From Bispira polyomma (Eukaryota): a stretch of 64,000 nucleotides of DNA. The stretch is from positions 15,810,001-15,874,000 of the forward strand of contig OZ287753.1 of assembly GCA_965649765.1 (NCBI GenBank), in the 5' to 3' direction. Position 1 is the first letter of the stretch. Each line of letters starts with the position of its first letter. The notes beneath the pieces were generated by a model. It ran no database searches, had not been told where the DNA came from, and saw only the letters and a list, made by a program, of their open reading frames with translations. Below, in pieces: positions 26,425 to 38,029 of this stretch. A program made the translations under genes and the position numbers.

Positions 26425-29400
26425 ATCTATGATCTAGTACAGTGATGAGACCAACCAGTCCCACTATCAGTTAGCCAATAATCTATTACAGTGATCAGAC
26501 TCAACCAGCCCCACTACCCAGTTAGTCAATGATTTAGTACAGTGATCAGACCCAACGAGCCCCACAACTAAGTTAGCCCTAGGATCTAGTACAGTGATGA
26601 GACTTAACCAGCCCTACTACCCAGTTAGCCAATGATCTAGTACAGTGGTGAGACCCAACAAGCCCCACTACCCAGTGATACCCATAATCTTGTACAGTGA
26701 TAAGACCTAACCAGCCCGCTACCCTTTTAGCCCCATGTTCTGGTACAGTCATCAGAACTAACCACCCCACTACCCTGTTAGCCCTATGATCTAATACAGT
26801 GATTAGATCTAACCAGTCCCACTACTTAGTTAGCCCCATGATCAAGTACAGTGAAGAGATCCAACAAGCCCCACTACCCAGTTAGTCCCATAGTCTAGTG
26901 CAGTAAAAAAACCTAGCCAGCCCCATTACCAAGTAAGTCCCATAGTCTAGTACAGTGATGAAAAGTAACCAGCCACATTATCAAGTAAGTTCCATAGTCT
27001 AGTAGAGTGATGAAACCTAACCAGCCCCACTACCAAGAAAGTCCATAGTGCAGTACAATTATAAGACCTACCCATCAACGTTACCCAGTGAGCCCTATGA
27101 TGAAGTACAGTTGTGAGACCCAAACAGTCCCAGAATGCAATTTCTTAAGAACAAGAGTTATATTAGTGTATCGACTGGTGTTTGACACAATTCTAGCTGC
27201 ACTATTTTGAATGCATTGTAATTTGCGTAAATTAAACTTTGAGAGACTCCTGAAAAGTGACTTGCAGTAATCCAGTCTACTACCGACAAAAGCATTGGCC
27301 ACAAGTATAGAAGCATCATAAGTGAGAAACCGTCTGACACGTCTAAAGTCATCGAGTTGCATAAAACAGCTTTTGCAGACACTCTGAACGTGTTTAGGGA
27401 AAGAAAAGTCAGAGTCAAACCATACACCCAGGTTCATGACAGAATCAGCTGGACTGAAAGGGCTACCCAGGATGTCAACTGGAAACAATGCTTTCAACTT
27501 ATCCCTCTGTTGTTTTGAGCCAAAGATTATGAACTCAGTCTTGTCGGGATTAAGTTTGAGTTTACCAGTTAACATCCACTCTTATACATCGTCAAGGCAC
27601 CTGTTCAACTGTTCAAAGGCAGTAGATGTGTTTTTATGGGATAGGTGCACATAAATTTGGGTATCATCTGCATAAAAATGAAACTTTATTCCTGTGTATT
27701 TGCCAATAACCAATCTGAGAGGGGAAGTGTATATTGAGAACAACAGAGGGCCCAAAACAGAACCTTGAGGAACACCAAACAAGAGTTTACAAAGATCGGA
27801 CAGAGTAGAGCCAATTTTTATCGACTGATAACGATCAGTAAAGTAGGAAGTGAACCATTTAAGAACAGAGCCCCTAACTCCAAACCAAGTCTGAAGACAA
27901 CTGAGAAGTGTGGAATGATCAATGGTATCAAAGGCAGCAGAGAGGTCGAGCAATACCAGGGCAGTAGGTTCCCCTCTTGACAAAGATAGGTGAACTTCAT
28001 TTTTTATAGACAGAAGAGCTGTCTCAGTCGAATGACCAGTTTTGTACGCAGACTGGTATGGGTTGTCTAAGTCGTGGACAAAGATGTGATCTAACAGTTG
28101 CCTAGCAACCACACGTTCAACCAGTTTTGATATGAAACTAAGACCAGATACAGGGCGATAATTCTTCAGGTCATCAACTGGAAGAGAAGCCTTCTTAATA
28201 AGAGGAGTAACCACAGCTGTTTTAAAACCATCAGGTACATGTCCCTCTGTAAGTGAGCAGTTTACAAGCTTTGTAATGGATGGTAGTAATATATCACTAC
28301 ATTCTTTAATAAGAGATGTTGGCCATGGATCCAACATGCAGGATTTTGTAGGCGAGTTATTTAATATTTTACTAACATCATCTTCAGAGACTCTGGTAAA
28401 GCAGTAATTTCTGGGGGATCAGAAAGAGGATGAACATCAATTTTAGTTCCAGAGACTACCCAGTGAGCCCCATGATCAAGTATAATGAAGAGAACCTAAC
28501 AAGCCCCACTACTCAGTTATCCATATGATCTAGTATAAGGAAGAGACCTAACCAGCACCCCTACCCACTTAGCCCCATGATCTAGTACAGTCATGAGACC
28601 TAACCCACCCCATTACCCAGTGAGCCCCATAATCTAGTACAGTGAATAGACCTAACAAGCCACACTACCCAGTGAGCCCTATAATCTAGTGCAGTGAATA
28701 GACCTAACTAGCCCCACTACCCAGTGAGCCCAAAAATATAGTACAATGATGAGACCAAACAAGCCCCACTACCTATTTAGGCCCGTGATCTAGTACACTG
28801 CTAAAACCTAACCAGCCCCACTACCCAGTTAGCTCCATAATCTAGTGCAAGGAAGAGATCTAACCAGCCCCACTGCCCTGTTAGCTTAAAATATAGTAAA
28901 GTGATAAGCTCTAACAAGCCCTACTACCCAGTTAGCCCCATGATCTAGAACACGGAAGAGACTCAAGCAGCTCCATTACCCAAAAAGCATCATAATATAG
29001 TACATAGATAAGCTCTAACCAGCCATATTACCAAGTAAGTCCCATAGTCTTGTACACTGCTGAGACCTGAGCATCCCCGCTATCCAGTTAGTCCCATGTT
29101 CTAGTATAGGGATCAGATCCAACCAGCCCCACTACCCAGTTAGCCCCATGTTCTAGTACAGTGATCAGATCTAACAAGCCCCACTACCCAGTGAGTTCCA
29201 TGATCTAGTACAGAAAGAGACACAACCAGCCCATTACTTAGTTAGCCTCATGATCTAGTACAGGGAAGATACCCAATCAGCTCCATTACGAGTTAGCTTC
29301 ATGTTCTAGTACAGTGATGATACCTAACCAGTCCTATCATCTAGTACAGTGATGGGAAATAACCACCCCCACTATCTATTTTGACCCATGTTCTAGTACA

Positions 29401-29660
29401 ATGAAGACCTAGCCAGCTCTACTACTCAGTTTCCCCATAATGAAGTATAGGAAAGAGATCAAACAAGCCCCACTACCCAGCTAGTCCCAAAGTCTAGTAC
29501 AGTGATGAAACCTAACCAGCCCCATTACCAAGTACATGCCATAGTCTAATACAGTGATGAAACAGTCAAACAGCCCCATGATCTAGTATAATAAAGAGAC
29601 CTAGCAAGCCCCACTACCCAGTTAGCCCCATGATGTAGTATAATGAAGAGACCAAACATA
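26425..29660. repeat. ~52-bp minisatellite array interrupted by an L2 fragment
   Basis: Approximate consensus CCCACTACCCAGTTAGCCCCATGATCTAGTACAGTGATGAGACCTAACCAGC. Runs 26425-27132 and resumes in register at ~28456. Confidence 0.92.
27133..28455 (-). mobile_element. Internal L2-clade RT fragment
   Basis: ORFs 27582-28337 and 27081-27575: LKNYRPVSGLSFISKLVE, QSAYK.GHSTET, LDLSAAFDTIDH, PQGSVLGPLLF, YADDTQ, LNPDKTE, RLDYC. Ends abruptly at KKLH with no 3' tail. Confidence 0.92.
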
Positions 29661-29772
29661 AGAAATTCCTTTTAGGCCCTTTTGATTACCTCATTGTAAA
29701 ATTGTCTTTGAGGTCATCAACTTTGACACAATTCTTAAATTATGGGTACATTTGGTCAAGATATAAGTATGG

Positions 29773-29942
29773 CAGTTAAACCCCTTTAAGTCAACCCTCA
29801 AGGGATCAGAAGAAATACTTCTACTTAAGCAGGATTTCCACTTAACAAGGTAGATTTGAAAAGAAAAGGCCTTAATGGGACCACAAATTTGCCTCCACAC
29901 AACAGGGAAAATGACTGAGTTCTACTTGAAGGGGTTTGACTG
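29773..29942. mobile_element. Short pogo/Tigger-type MITE
   Basis: CAGTTAAACCCCTTTAAG at 29773-29790 and CTTGAAGGGGTTTGACTG at 29925-29942 (16/18 inverted match); TA on the right flank only. Confidence 0.6.
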
Positions 29943-30061
29943 TACTTACTTCTGTGAGGACAACTATATCTCATTTTGTCATTTACTAGCAGTACTTTTA
30001 AATGAAATTACTTAATCTTTTGCAGTTGAATGCAATGGTTGATTCAACTATTACTAATTCC

Positions 30062-30410
30062 TGGAAAGGATAAAGTTGCAGAACGGATTCTTCAAGCCAG
30101 GTCAGCTTTTCAGGCGAAAGTTGAGGCCAGCTGTCTCCCATACAATCCAAATTGGTTAGAAAGGAAAGAAAAGGTGATGGAGGAAGTCATTTGTGCCAAA
30201 GCGAAATGGTGTCAGGACTTTTGTGATGTGCTGGTTGAAACAGATGGTGTTTTTGCTGAAGCTGTACCTGGTGAACTCTTCTGGTCAACTGGTCTGAACA
30301 AAACGGATATTTTCAATGTGAAAAAAAGTTCTTGGCCAGGAAAAAATAAGCTGGGTAAGCTTCTCACAACCATAAAGGAAAGCATTGCAGATCGTAACAG
30401 TGATGAATAA
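30062..30410 (+). CDS. 3' part of LINE ORF1 encoding a NADAR (YbiA-like) domain
   Basis: GKDKVAERIL..RSAFQAK...W....EKVMEEVICAK..WCQDF.DVLVET...FAEA..GELFWSTGL........WPGKNKLGKLL matches the NADAR C-terminal consensus. The stop codon overlaps the ORF2 ATG (ATGAATAA, 30403-30410). Confidence 0.8.
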
Positions 30411-33400
30411 TGTTTCAGTATTGACTTATAACTGTCGAGGACTAAATGACAATGAAAAAAGGTGTAAACTATTTTTATGGTTAGTAAATCAAAACTTTGA
30501 CTTAATATTTTTACAAGAAACATTTTGTACTAAACAATGTAAAGCATACATTAAAGCAGGGTGGAAAGGTAATGTTGTCTTAGCTCCAACTGACTCTACT
30601 CACAGTAGGGGAGTTGGACTTCTAATCAAAGAAAATTTCGAAGGAAAAATTATTAGTAGTTATACAGATAAAGATGGTAGAATTCTTCTGGTAAACATTG
30701 AAATTGATGACAACATTCTTAGTGTTGTTTCAGTGTATGCTCCAAATCATGAAAATGATAGAGTTTTATTTTTTGATAAACTAAAACAGTGGATACTGCA
30801 ATATGCAGAAAATTTAGAAAATTTGATTATTGCTGGGGACTTTAATTGCTTTTTAAAACAATCAGATAGATTTCCACCTTCATGTAAAAATGATAAAAGT
30901 GTGAAAAGTTTTAAAAAATTACTCACGCACTGTGATTTAAATGATATTTGGTCCTTTTATAGGCCTGACGTACCAGGGTATACTTACTATGATAAGAAAT
31001 CAAAATGTTACAGCAGACTAGATTATATTTTAGTTAGTAGTAACATACAGTATGATGTTAAAAATATGGCAATTACACGGCCAGTTAAAAATCATGGGGT
31101 CATAGACCACTCTGGCCTTAAAGTTATATTCAAGATAAATGCATCACAAAGGGGTCCAGGGTACTGGAAGTTAAATAACAGTGTATTATTTGATAAGGAA
31201 TATGTTCAATTAATAAACAGTGTTATTAGTGACACTATGGTTGAGTATAGTGACTTAAACTCTTGTCAATTAATATGGGAAATGGTTAAAGCAAATGTAA
31301 GAGAATTTTCTATAAAATACTGTAAAAAAAAGTCATGATAAAGTCAGACATGCTAGATGAAATTCAACAAAAAATAGATGATATTAATATATGCATCACA
31401 AAACTGGAAACCAAAACATCTCTAAACCCAAAAGAATTAGAACAATTGCAGGATTATAAGTTACGCAAGGGACAACTAGAAAGTAACCAGATAAATCTGT
31501 ATAATGAGAAAGCCAAGGGATATTCAATTCGTGCAAAAACTAAGTGGGTTAAAGAAGGGGATATTCCATCAAAATATTTTTTGGGATTAGAAAAACAGCA
31601 ACAATCCAATAATGTTATAAGAAAAATTCAAAGTACTGATAAGGTGTGTACAAATAATAGAGATGTACTGAAAGAAATGGTAAAATTTTATGATAATTTA
31701 TATGCGGAATCAAACATATCTCAGGAGTCAGTAAAAAAATATATTAATGCATCTACCCCTCCAAAAACTCTTGATGACAATGATAGAAACTTTTGTGACA
31801 AGTCTTTAACAAAAGAAGAAGTAAGACTAACTGTTAAGAGTTTAAAAAGAAACAAATCACCCGGAACTGATGGCTTAACATATGAATTTTACCAAATGTT
31901 TTGGACAAAATTAGAACCAATATATATTAAAATGTTAGAAGAAAGTTTTCACAAAGGAATTTTACCTGACAGTACAAAAAAAGCTATTTTAAGCTTGATT
32001 TTCAAAAAAGGTGACAGATGTCTACTTAAAAATTATCGACCAATTAGTTTAACAAATTGTGATTATAAAATTCTGACATTTGTCCTAGCTAAGCGTCTTC
32101 AAAATGTTATTTCAAAACTTATATCACATGACCAAAGTGGATATATAAAGAACAGATATATTGGATTTAACGCAAGATTAATTAATGATGTCATAGAATA
32201 TTGTGAGACCTTGGAAAAACCAGGAGCAATAATTTGCTTAGATTTTGAGAAAGCTTTTGACAAACTTAACTGGTATTTCATGTTTTATTGTCTGGAAAAA
32301 TTTGGATTTGGCACAAATTTCATCAGTTGGATTAAAATTTTGTATAATAAACCATCTTTTTGTGTAAAAAATAATGGCTGGATTTCTATGGAAACACTTA
32401 TGAGGAGAGGTGTAAGACAAGGCTGCGCAGTATCAGCATTACTATTTATATTAGCTATAGAATTCTTGTCAATTGAAATTAGACAAAGTGATATAATAAG
32501 AGGAATTCGAATATTTGATAAAAGATCATGTTTGATTCAATATGCAGATGATATAACTTTAACATTAGAAAAACATTTGAAAACTCAATAATAAATGCAC
32601 TAAAATTGTTAAAATCATTTTCTGCAGTGTCAGGTTTAACACTAAATCTTGATAAGTGTGCAGGATTATGGCTTGGAACGATAAAAAACAACCCAGATGT
32701 CTTTGAAAAAATTAAATTTAGTAGAGGTCCCATAAAATGTCTAGGAGTATATATAGGAATTGATTCAGATTCATGTGAGAAAGCAAACTGGGATAAAAAA
32801 GTAAATCAAGTTGAAAAGTTATTATTAAACTGGAGTAAAAGAAAATTAACACTATATGGCAAATCCACTATTATAAATAACATTATTATTCCAAAATTGG
32901 TATATAATTTGACAATACTGTATACACCACCTTATATAATTAAACAATTGGAGAATTTAATTTACTCCTTCCTGTGGGGAAAACATCACAAAGTCAAAAA
33001 GTATATAGTTATTGCAGAACATGAAAATGGAGGTTTAAATGTAACTGATATTGAATCCAAAATAAGAGCTCTGAAGATATCATGGATCCCAAAATTGTTA
33101 AACAATCCAAAAAGTAAAGTATTTAGGATTTTACAAATGTATCTTGTATCAATTGGCATAGACATTAATATACTATTACAAATGAATTTCCGCAAAATTG
33201 CTGCTTTTGAAACTATTACAAAAATTCCAAAATTTTATCAAGAAATTTTTATTTCATTCAATAATTGTAAATTAATAAAACCAATAAATAATTTAAATAA
33301 CACTGAAATATTTTGTCAACCAATTTGGGGAAACGAATACTTTAAAGTTAAAAATAAACATCTGTACTACAAGAACTGGGTAGAAAGTGGTTTTATATAT

Positions 33401-34222
33401 GTTAAAGACCTTTTCGACCAAAGCGGTGCTCTTTTAAATGAGACACAAGTTCTGAGAAAATTAGGAGATAAGTCAAACTGGATAGCAGAATTTTTTACAC
33501 TTAAAAATATCTTTGTAAAATTAGTATGTAAAAAGTATGACACTTCAAAATGCAAATATATTCAAAACACAGTGTGTAAAAATGTTAGCTTCTGGGCTAA
33601 TGGTAAATTTAATCACCCAGATTCTTTAAAATCAAATGAAATATATAAAATATTGATAAAAAAGAAATATGAAAAACCCTATATAGAAAATATGTGGAAG
33701 AGAAAGTTAGAAATTGAAATAGACAGAAATAGATGGAAAAAAATATACCTCATGAATTTTAAATCTTTTAAATATAAAAAGTTTTCAGAATTTAAATTCA
33801 AAATACTTCACAACATATTAAGTTGTGGTGATAAATTGTGTAAGTGGAACCGAAATTTTACAGGCTTGTGTGCATATTGTAATCAATCCGAAAATATCTG
33901 CCATATGCTATATAATTGTCCAAGAGTAAAGCAGATCTGGTCGATTATTAGTAATTGTTTAAAATTAAACGTATTGTTAAAGCACATAATTTTAGGAGTA
34001 TCTGATGATAACTATGTAAATGAGAATAAAGCTCTTTGTATAGTGATAATAAGCTATGCCATTTATAGCACTTGGTGTAAATGTAACTTGAACAATATGG
34101 ATTATAAGTTAGTATGTATAAGAGATCATATAAAACAACAACTATTATTCTATGGTGAAGTATATCAAACTATACTAGCACATAACCCTACTAGAAGATC
34201 ACATATGAAATGTATCACATAA
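30403..34222 (+). pseudogene. L1/Tx1 ORF2 (APE endonuclease, RT, C-terminal CCHC) with two frameshifts
   Basis: TYNCRGL, LQET, VYAPN, GDFN, SRLDY, DH; KSPGTDG, NYRPISL, LDFEKAFD, VRQGC, QYADD; CAYCNQSENICHMLYNC. Frameshifts at the A8 run 31324-31331 and near 32570-32590. Confidence 0.93.
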
Positions 34223-34534
34223 TGTATTGTATACCACCTGCATTAGTATGATTTTGTTGTCAATTGTAAAAAGAATTTAAGAAATGTTAGGGTGGACATA
34301 GTTTATATCAAGTAGTGCTGGAATATAAATCTTGTAACTTAAAGTTTTCAGGTAACATTAGTCTTTGTAATGGTTGAAAGCATTGTTTATATTACTCATA
34401 CTGTGTATGAAACTGTTGTTAAAAACCTGATGGAAGGTTGCCACTCTCGCCTTCCCAGGTTTCACCTATTATTGTTTGTGAAAAAAGAGTGAATAAATAA
34501 AATGAAACCTTTTTTAAAAAAAAAAAAAAAAAAA

Positions 34535-35693
34535 TTTGTTATTTCTTTTTTTATTTTTTGCAAGTAAAAAGTTTTGTGGCGTTGGTGGCGGCGATGGCGG
34601 CGGCGGCAGCAAATTTATAATTTTTTCTTTCAAGGATAAAAGTTTCGTGGCGACGATGGTGGCAGCGCCAGCAAATTTGTTTTGTGGCAGTCAACTTCAT
34701 CTTTCCCTCCCGTCCACCCACCCCAAATAGAAGAAGTTCCGTGGGTCCCCCACGAATGTGAAAATATTTTTGGGTGGAGAACTTTATTTTGTGAGTATAT
34801 ATTTCACGGGAGTTACCATGAAGGACAAACCTTTCTACTTTTGGGGCTATTTTTTATGGTCTTTTACTGTAACATACCTGGATAACTATCGATATACAGC
34901 AAAATGGGGATAAATGGAAATTTCTTGTTTTACATTAGTAGTAGCACTAAAAAAAAAAAAAAAAATTGTCAACCACATATTTTTCTGATTTCCTTATTTC
35001 TAGGTCCAAACAAAAGCTGGAAAATCTGATGTTCATCAAACTGTAAAGCGAAAACTTCGTTCAAGAAAGCATCGACAGAATTGATGAACGTTACTCAAAT
35101 GTTTTGTGGTTTAACTAGCCGGTGTTGTGCCATACTTGTATCAATTGTTTAATACATATATTCTTTGTGTTTTTATGATTTTTGATCATGATCAAAAATG
35201 GTCAACATATTATTCTCCACTTCTCTCCCCTTGTAACAGTAGGACTGCAGTTTTATAGGTGGGAAATCTGTGCTAAAATGTAAAAGTCAGGCTTTGTAGT
35301 TTACCTTGCTCATATTGCTAGTAGCGCTGTATGTATGTGATATGTTAAAAGTGATATGGTACTTGCTAATTTGAGTGAATCTGTAATATTGTATTATCCT
35401 GTTTTGAAATGTGTAATATTTATAATTACTCAACAGGTAATTCCTAATTTGAGTGAACTTGTAATATATTATCTTGTATTGAAATGTGTAATGTTTATAA
35501 TTACTGAACAGGTAATTGCTAATTGGAGTGAATCTGTAATATATTATTATCCTATAATCGGTAATCTTTGTAATTATTTAAGACGTTCTTGTCCTGTATT
35601 AAAATTTATATTACTAGTTTCCAGATATCTTTTATGTTAATAATTATATAAAAAAAAAATTATATATCACAATAATCACTCCATTCTTAGAAT

Positions 35694-35695
<2 letters not shown>
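34535..35695 (+). other. 3'-transduced flanking DNA from the source locus
   Basis: Lies between the LINE poly(A) and the terminal poly(A)/TSD. Contains an internal A17 (34949-34965), GGC-rich repeats, a candidate terminal exon (35004-35084) and a ~76-bp tandem repeat (35358-35555). Confidence 0.82.
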
Positions 35696-35738
<43 letters not shown>

Positions 35739-35969
35739 ATTACTAATTCCATGTGTAGTGTGTATCAACAGAGTAAATAGATGAATGCAGGTTCAAACAA
35801 AATTATTATTTAGGTTTTAGGCATTTCACTGCTCTAATTGAAACTAGAAATTAGTAAGACAAAAAAAACTTTACAGGCATTTACAAAATAATATACTAAT
35901 TGAAGTATTATTAATAGGATTTTCTAGTAATAAAATAAAGCACATTCATATAGTGAGTGAGAGAGCATA

Positions 35970-37490
35970 CAGGGAACTCAGGCCATTTGATAAGGGTTAA
36001 TTACATCACAGCATGTGTTAAACAAGCATAAAACTGTGTTCACACTGTAAGGAAGATATGCCTTGATGTTTTGATGGGGGGAAAAGTTAATTTAACATTT
36101 TTAGTTGTAAAATTTTTCATAATAGTTTCAGTATGGTGTGAGATGAAGTTTGTATTATAGTTGATAGAAGCTACACTATAAATTTCCATTTGACACAGTA
36201 TATCTTGTTTTTCATAATAGATACTAACTTAAAATTAAATAGGACTGTTATACCTGGGTTCTCATTATACATAGAGTCTTGTGTGAATAGAAATGAGCAA
36301 TGACCAAATTGTAACATTTTAGGTCTAGAAGTCCCAAGTTACAAACAAATTAAGTGCAGTGTTATATGAAATTTTATTTTGGTAATTTATGCTCTTTAAA
36401 TTAATAGCTTCTTTCAGAGTTTTTTTTCCATATTTTTTATTTACATTATATACAAGTACAATACAGGAACAAAACACATACACAATCACACATACACAAT
36501 CACATTACAAAAAAAAAAATAAAAATAAAAAACAACAAAATTTGAGACACAATGAAACTATACGGAATACCAGTGTATGATTAAAGCCAAGTCGATATCT
36601 AAGTATTATCATTTCTAGATCAGAAACCCTTTAAATAATTTTGTGGTACATATACTTGGTCAGGTGACATCTTATTTAGGAGGACCAGGTTACAGTATTA
36701 TATGTTTTGTTTTAAATATCTGAAATAAAAACTGTGGCCTAGACCCTTTAATGATTAAATCCAAATTATTATCCAAATATTTACATGTCTAGACATGGAA
36801 GCTCTAATTTGACAGTTACTTCACAGCACAGTGTTATTTAAATTCTTGTTTAGGTGGAAAACACTTCTAATAGAAGAAAACAATTAGGTTAAACTTTGTA
36901 AATAAAAGCAAGTTTATATCCAAATATTAACAATATTAATGCATGGAGCTCCTGAATTTACAGTTAATTTGAATGTACAATGTAAATTAAGTTTTTTATT
37001 TTTGCAAATAAGACTAGTAATTTATAGGTTCATTAAGGGGCACTAAATTCAAATACTTTTAAACAAAACTCTATCGCCTTTTATGATTATAACCAAATTT
37101 TTATATAAATGTTTCTTATATCATCAATCGACAGTTAATTTCATAAAATAAGGATGTCAGGTGACCAATGATAAAATATTTCATGATCTCCTGTAGATAT
37201 ACTGATTTCAAATAGAACAGAACTATTATCTGAAACTTTTTGTGATTAAAACAAAGTTTATACTCATATATTACATTTTTAGGTTACCTGTGCTATATTT
37301 ACAGTAAACATTATATGCTGTATTTATGCACTTTCAGTGAGTTTGTGTAAAACCTAAATAAAAAAGGAGTATATATATTTAGACACACAGGGAACTCAGT
37401 GGATGAGATAATTACTAATTACATCACAGCATGTGTCAAACAAGCATAACTGTGTTTACACTGTGTAATGCAGGAAAGCCTTGTTTGTTT
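35970..37490. repeat. Diverged direct repeat pair (~100 bp, ~1.42 kb apart)
   Basis: GGGAACTCAG...TAATTACATCACAGCATGTGT.AAACAAGCATAA...CTGTGTT.ACACTGT at ~35972 and ~37390. Confidence 0.7.
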
Positions 37491-38029
37491 ATGGCATGTG
37501 CCAGGGTTGGGGTAATAGGTTGGGGTAATTAGTCTTGCACAAGGCTTGCATCAGGTTTGATTCGAAAATAGGCAATTTAATACTAAAGAAATAATGACAA
37601 ACAATCCATTACACCAAATTAATATTAAGCGCTTTGAATATTTTCAATGGACAAGTTTACTTAAAATAACCTTGTGTTGTATTAAACTGCTTAAAGTTTT
37701 AAATGAGTGACAAAGTTACAAAAGTTGATAGCCAGGAAGAAGGCTACTATAGTACTTACTTGTGTGTATTTTGTTAGAGACCTCAGATAACTATTACAGA
37801 GAAAAAAATTATGTATAATATAAACCACTGAGTTGACATCTTGGCCTTTTCTTTATTTTTTTTAAAAATATATTTGACACAAAAACAAAAACATTGTATA
37901 GTCTACTGGTTTCTCTAGTGTCCACCTCATAAAATATTTTAAAGTTTACTGCATATTGAAGAGCCCAGATCTAAAATGTTGTAATTTGCATAATATCTTT
38001 TTTTCAATCAGAAAAAGACACATAGTTAG

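Larger units (their letters stand above)
30062..35734 (+). mobile_element. 5'-truncated L1/Tx1-type LINE insertion with a 3' transduction, bounded by a 16-bp TSD
   Basis: AACTATTACTAATTCC at 30046-30061 and 35735-35750. Element poly(A) at 34516-34534 follows AATAAA at 34492; terminal A41 at 35696-35736. Confidence 0.92.

Noticed and set aside
30030-30410. Stand-alone host or horizontally acquired bacterial ybiA gene
   Set aside because: The domain starts right at the TSD-defined LINE junction, lacks its N-terminus and overlaps the ORF2 start, so it belongs to the retrotransposon.
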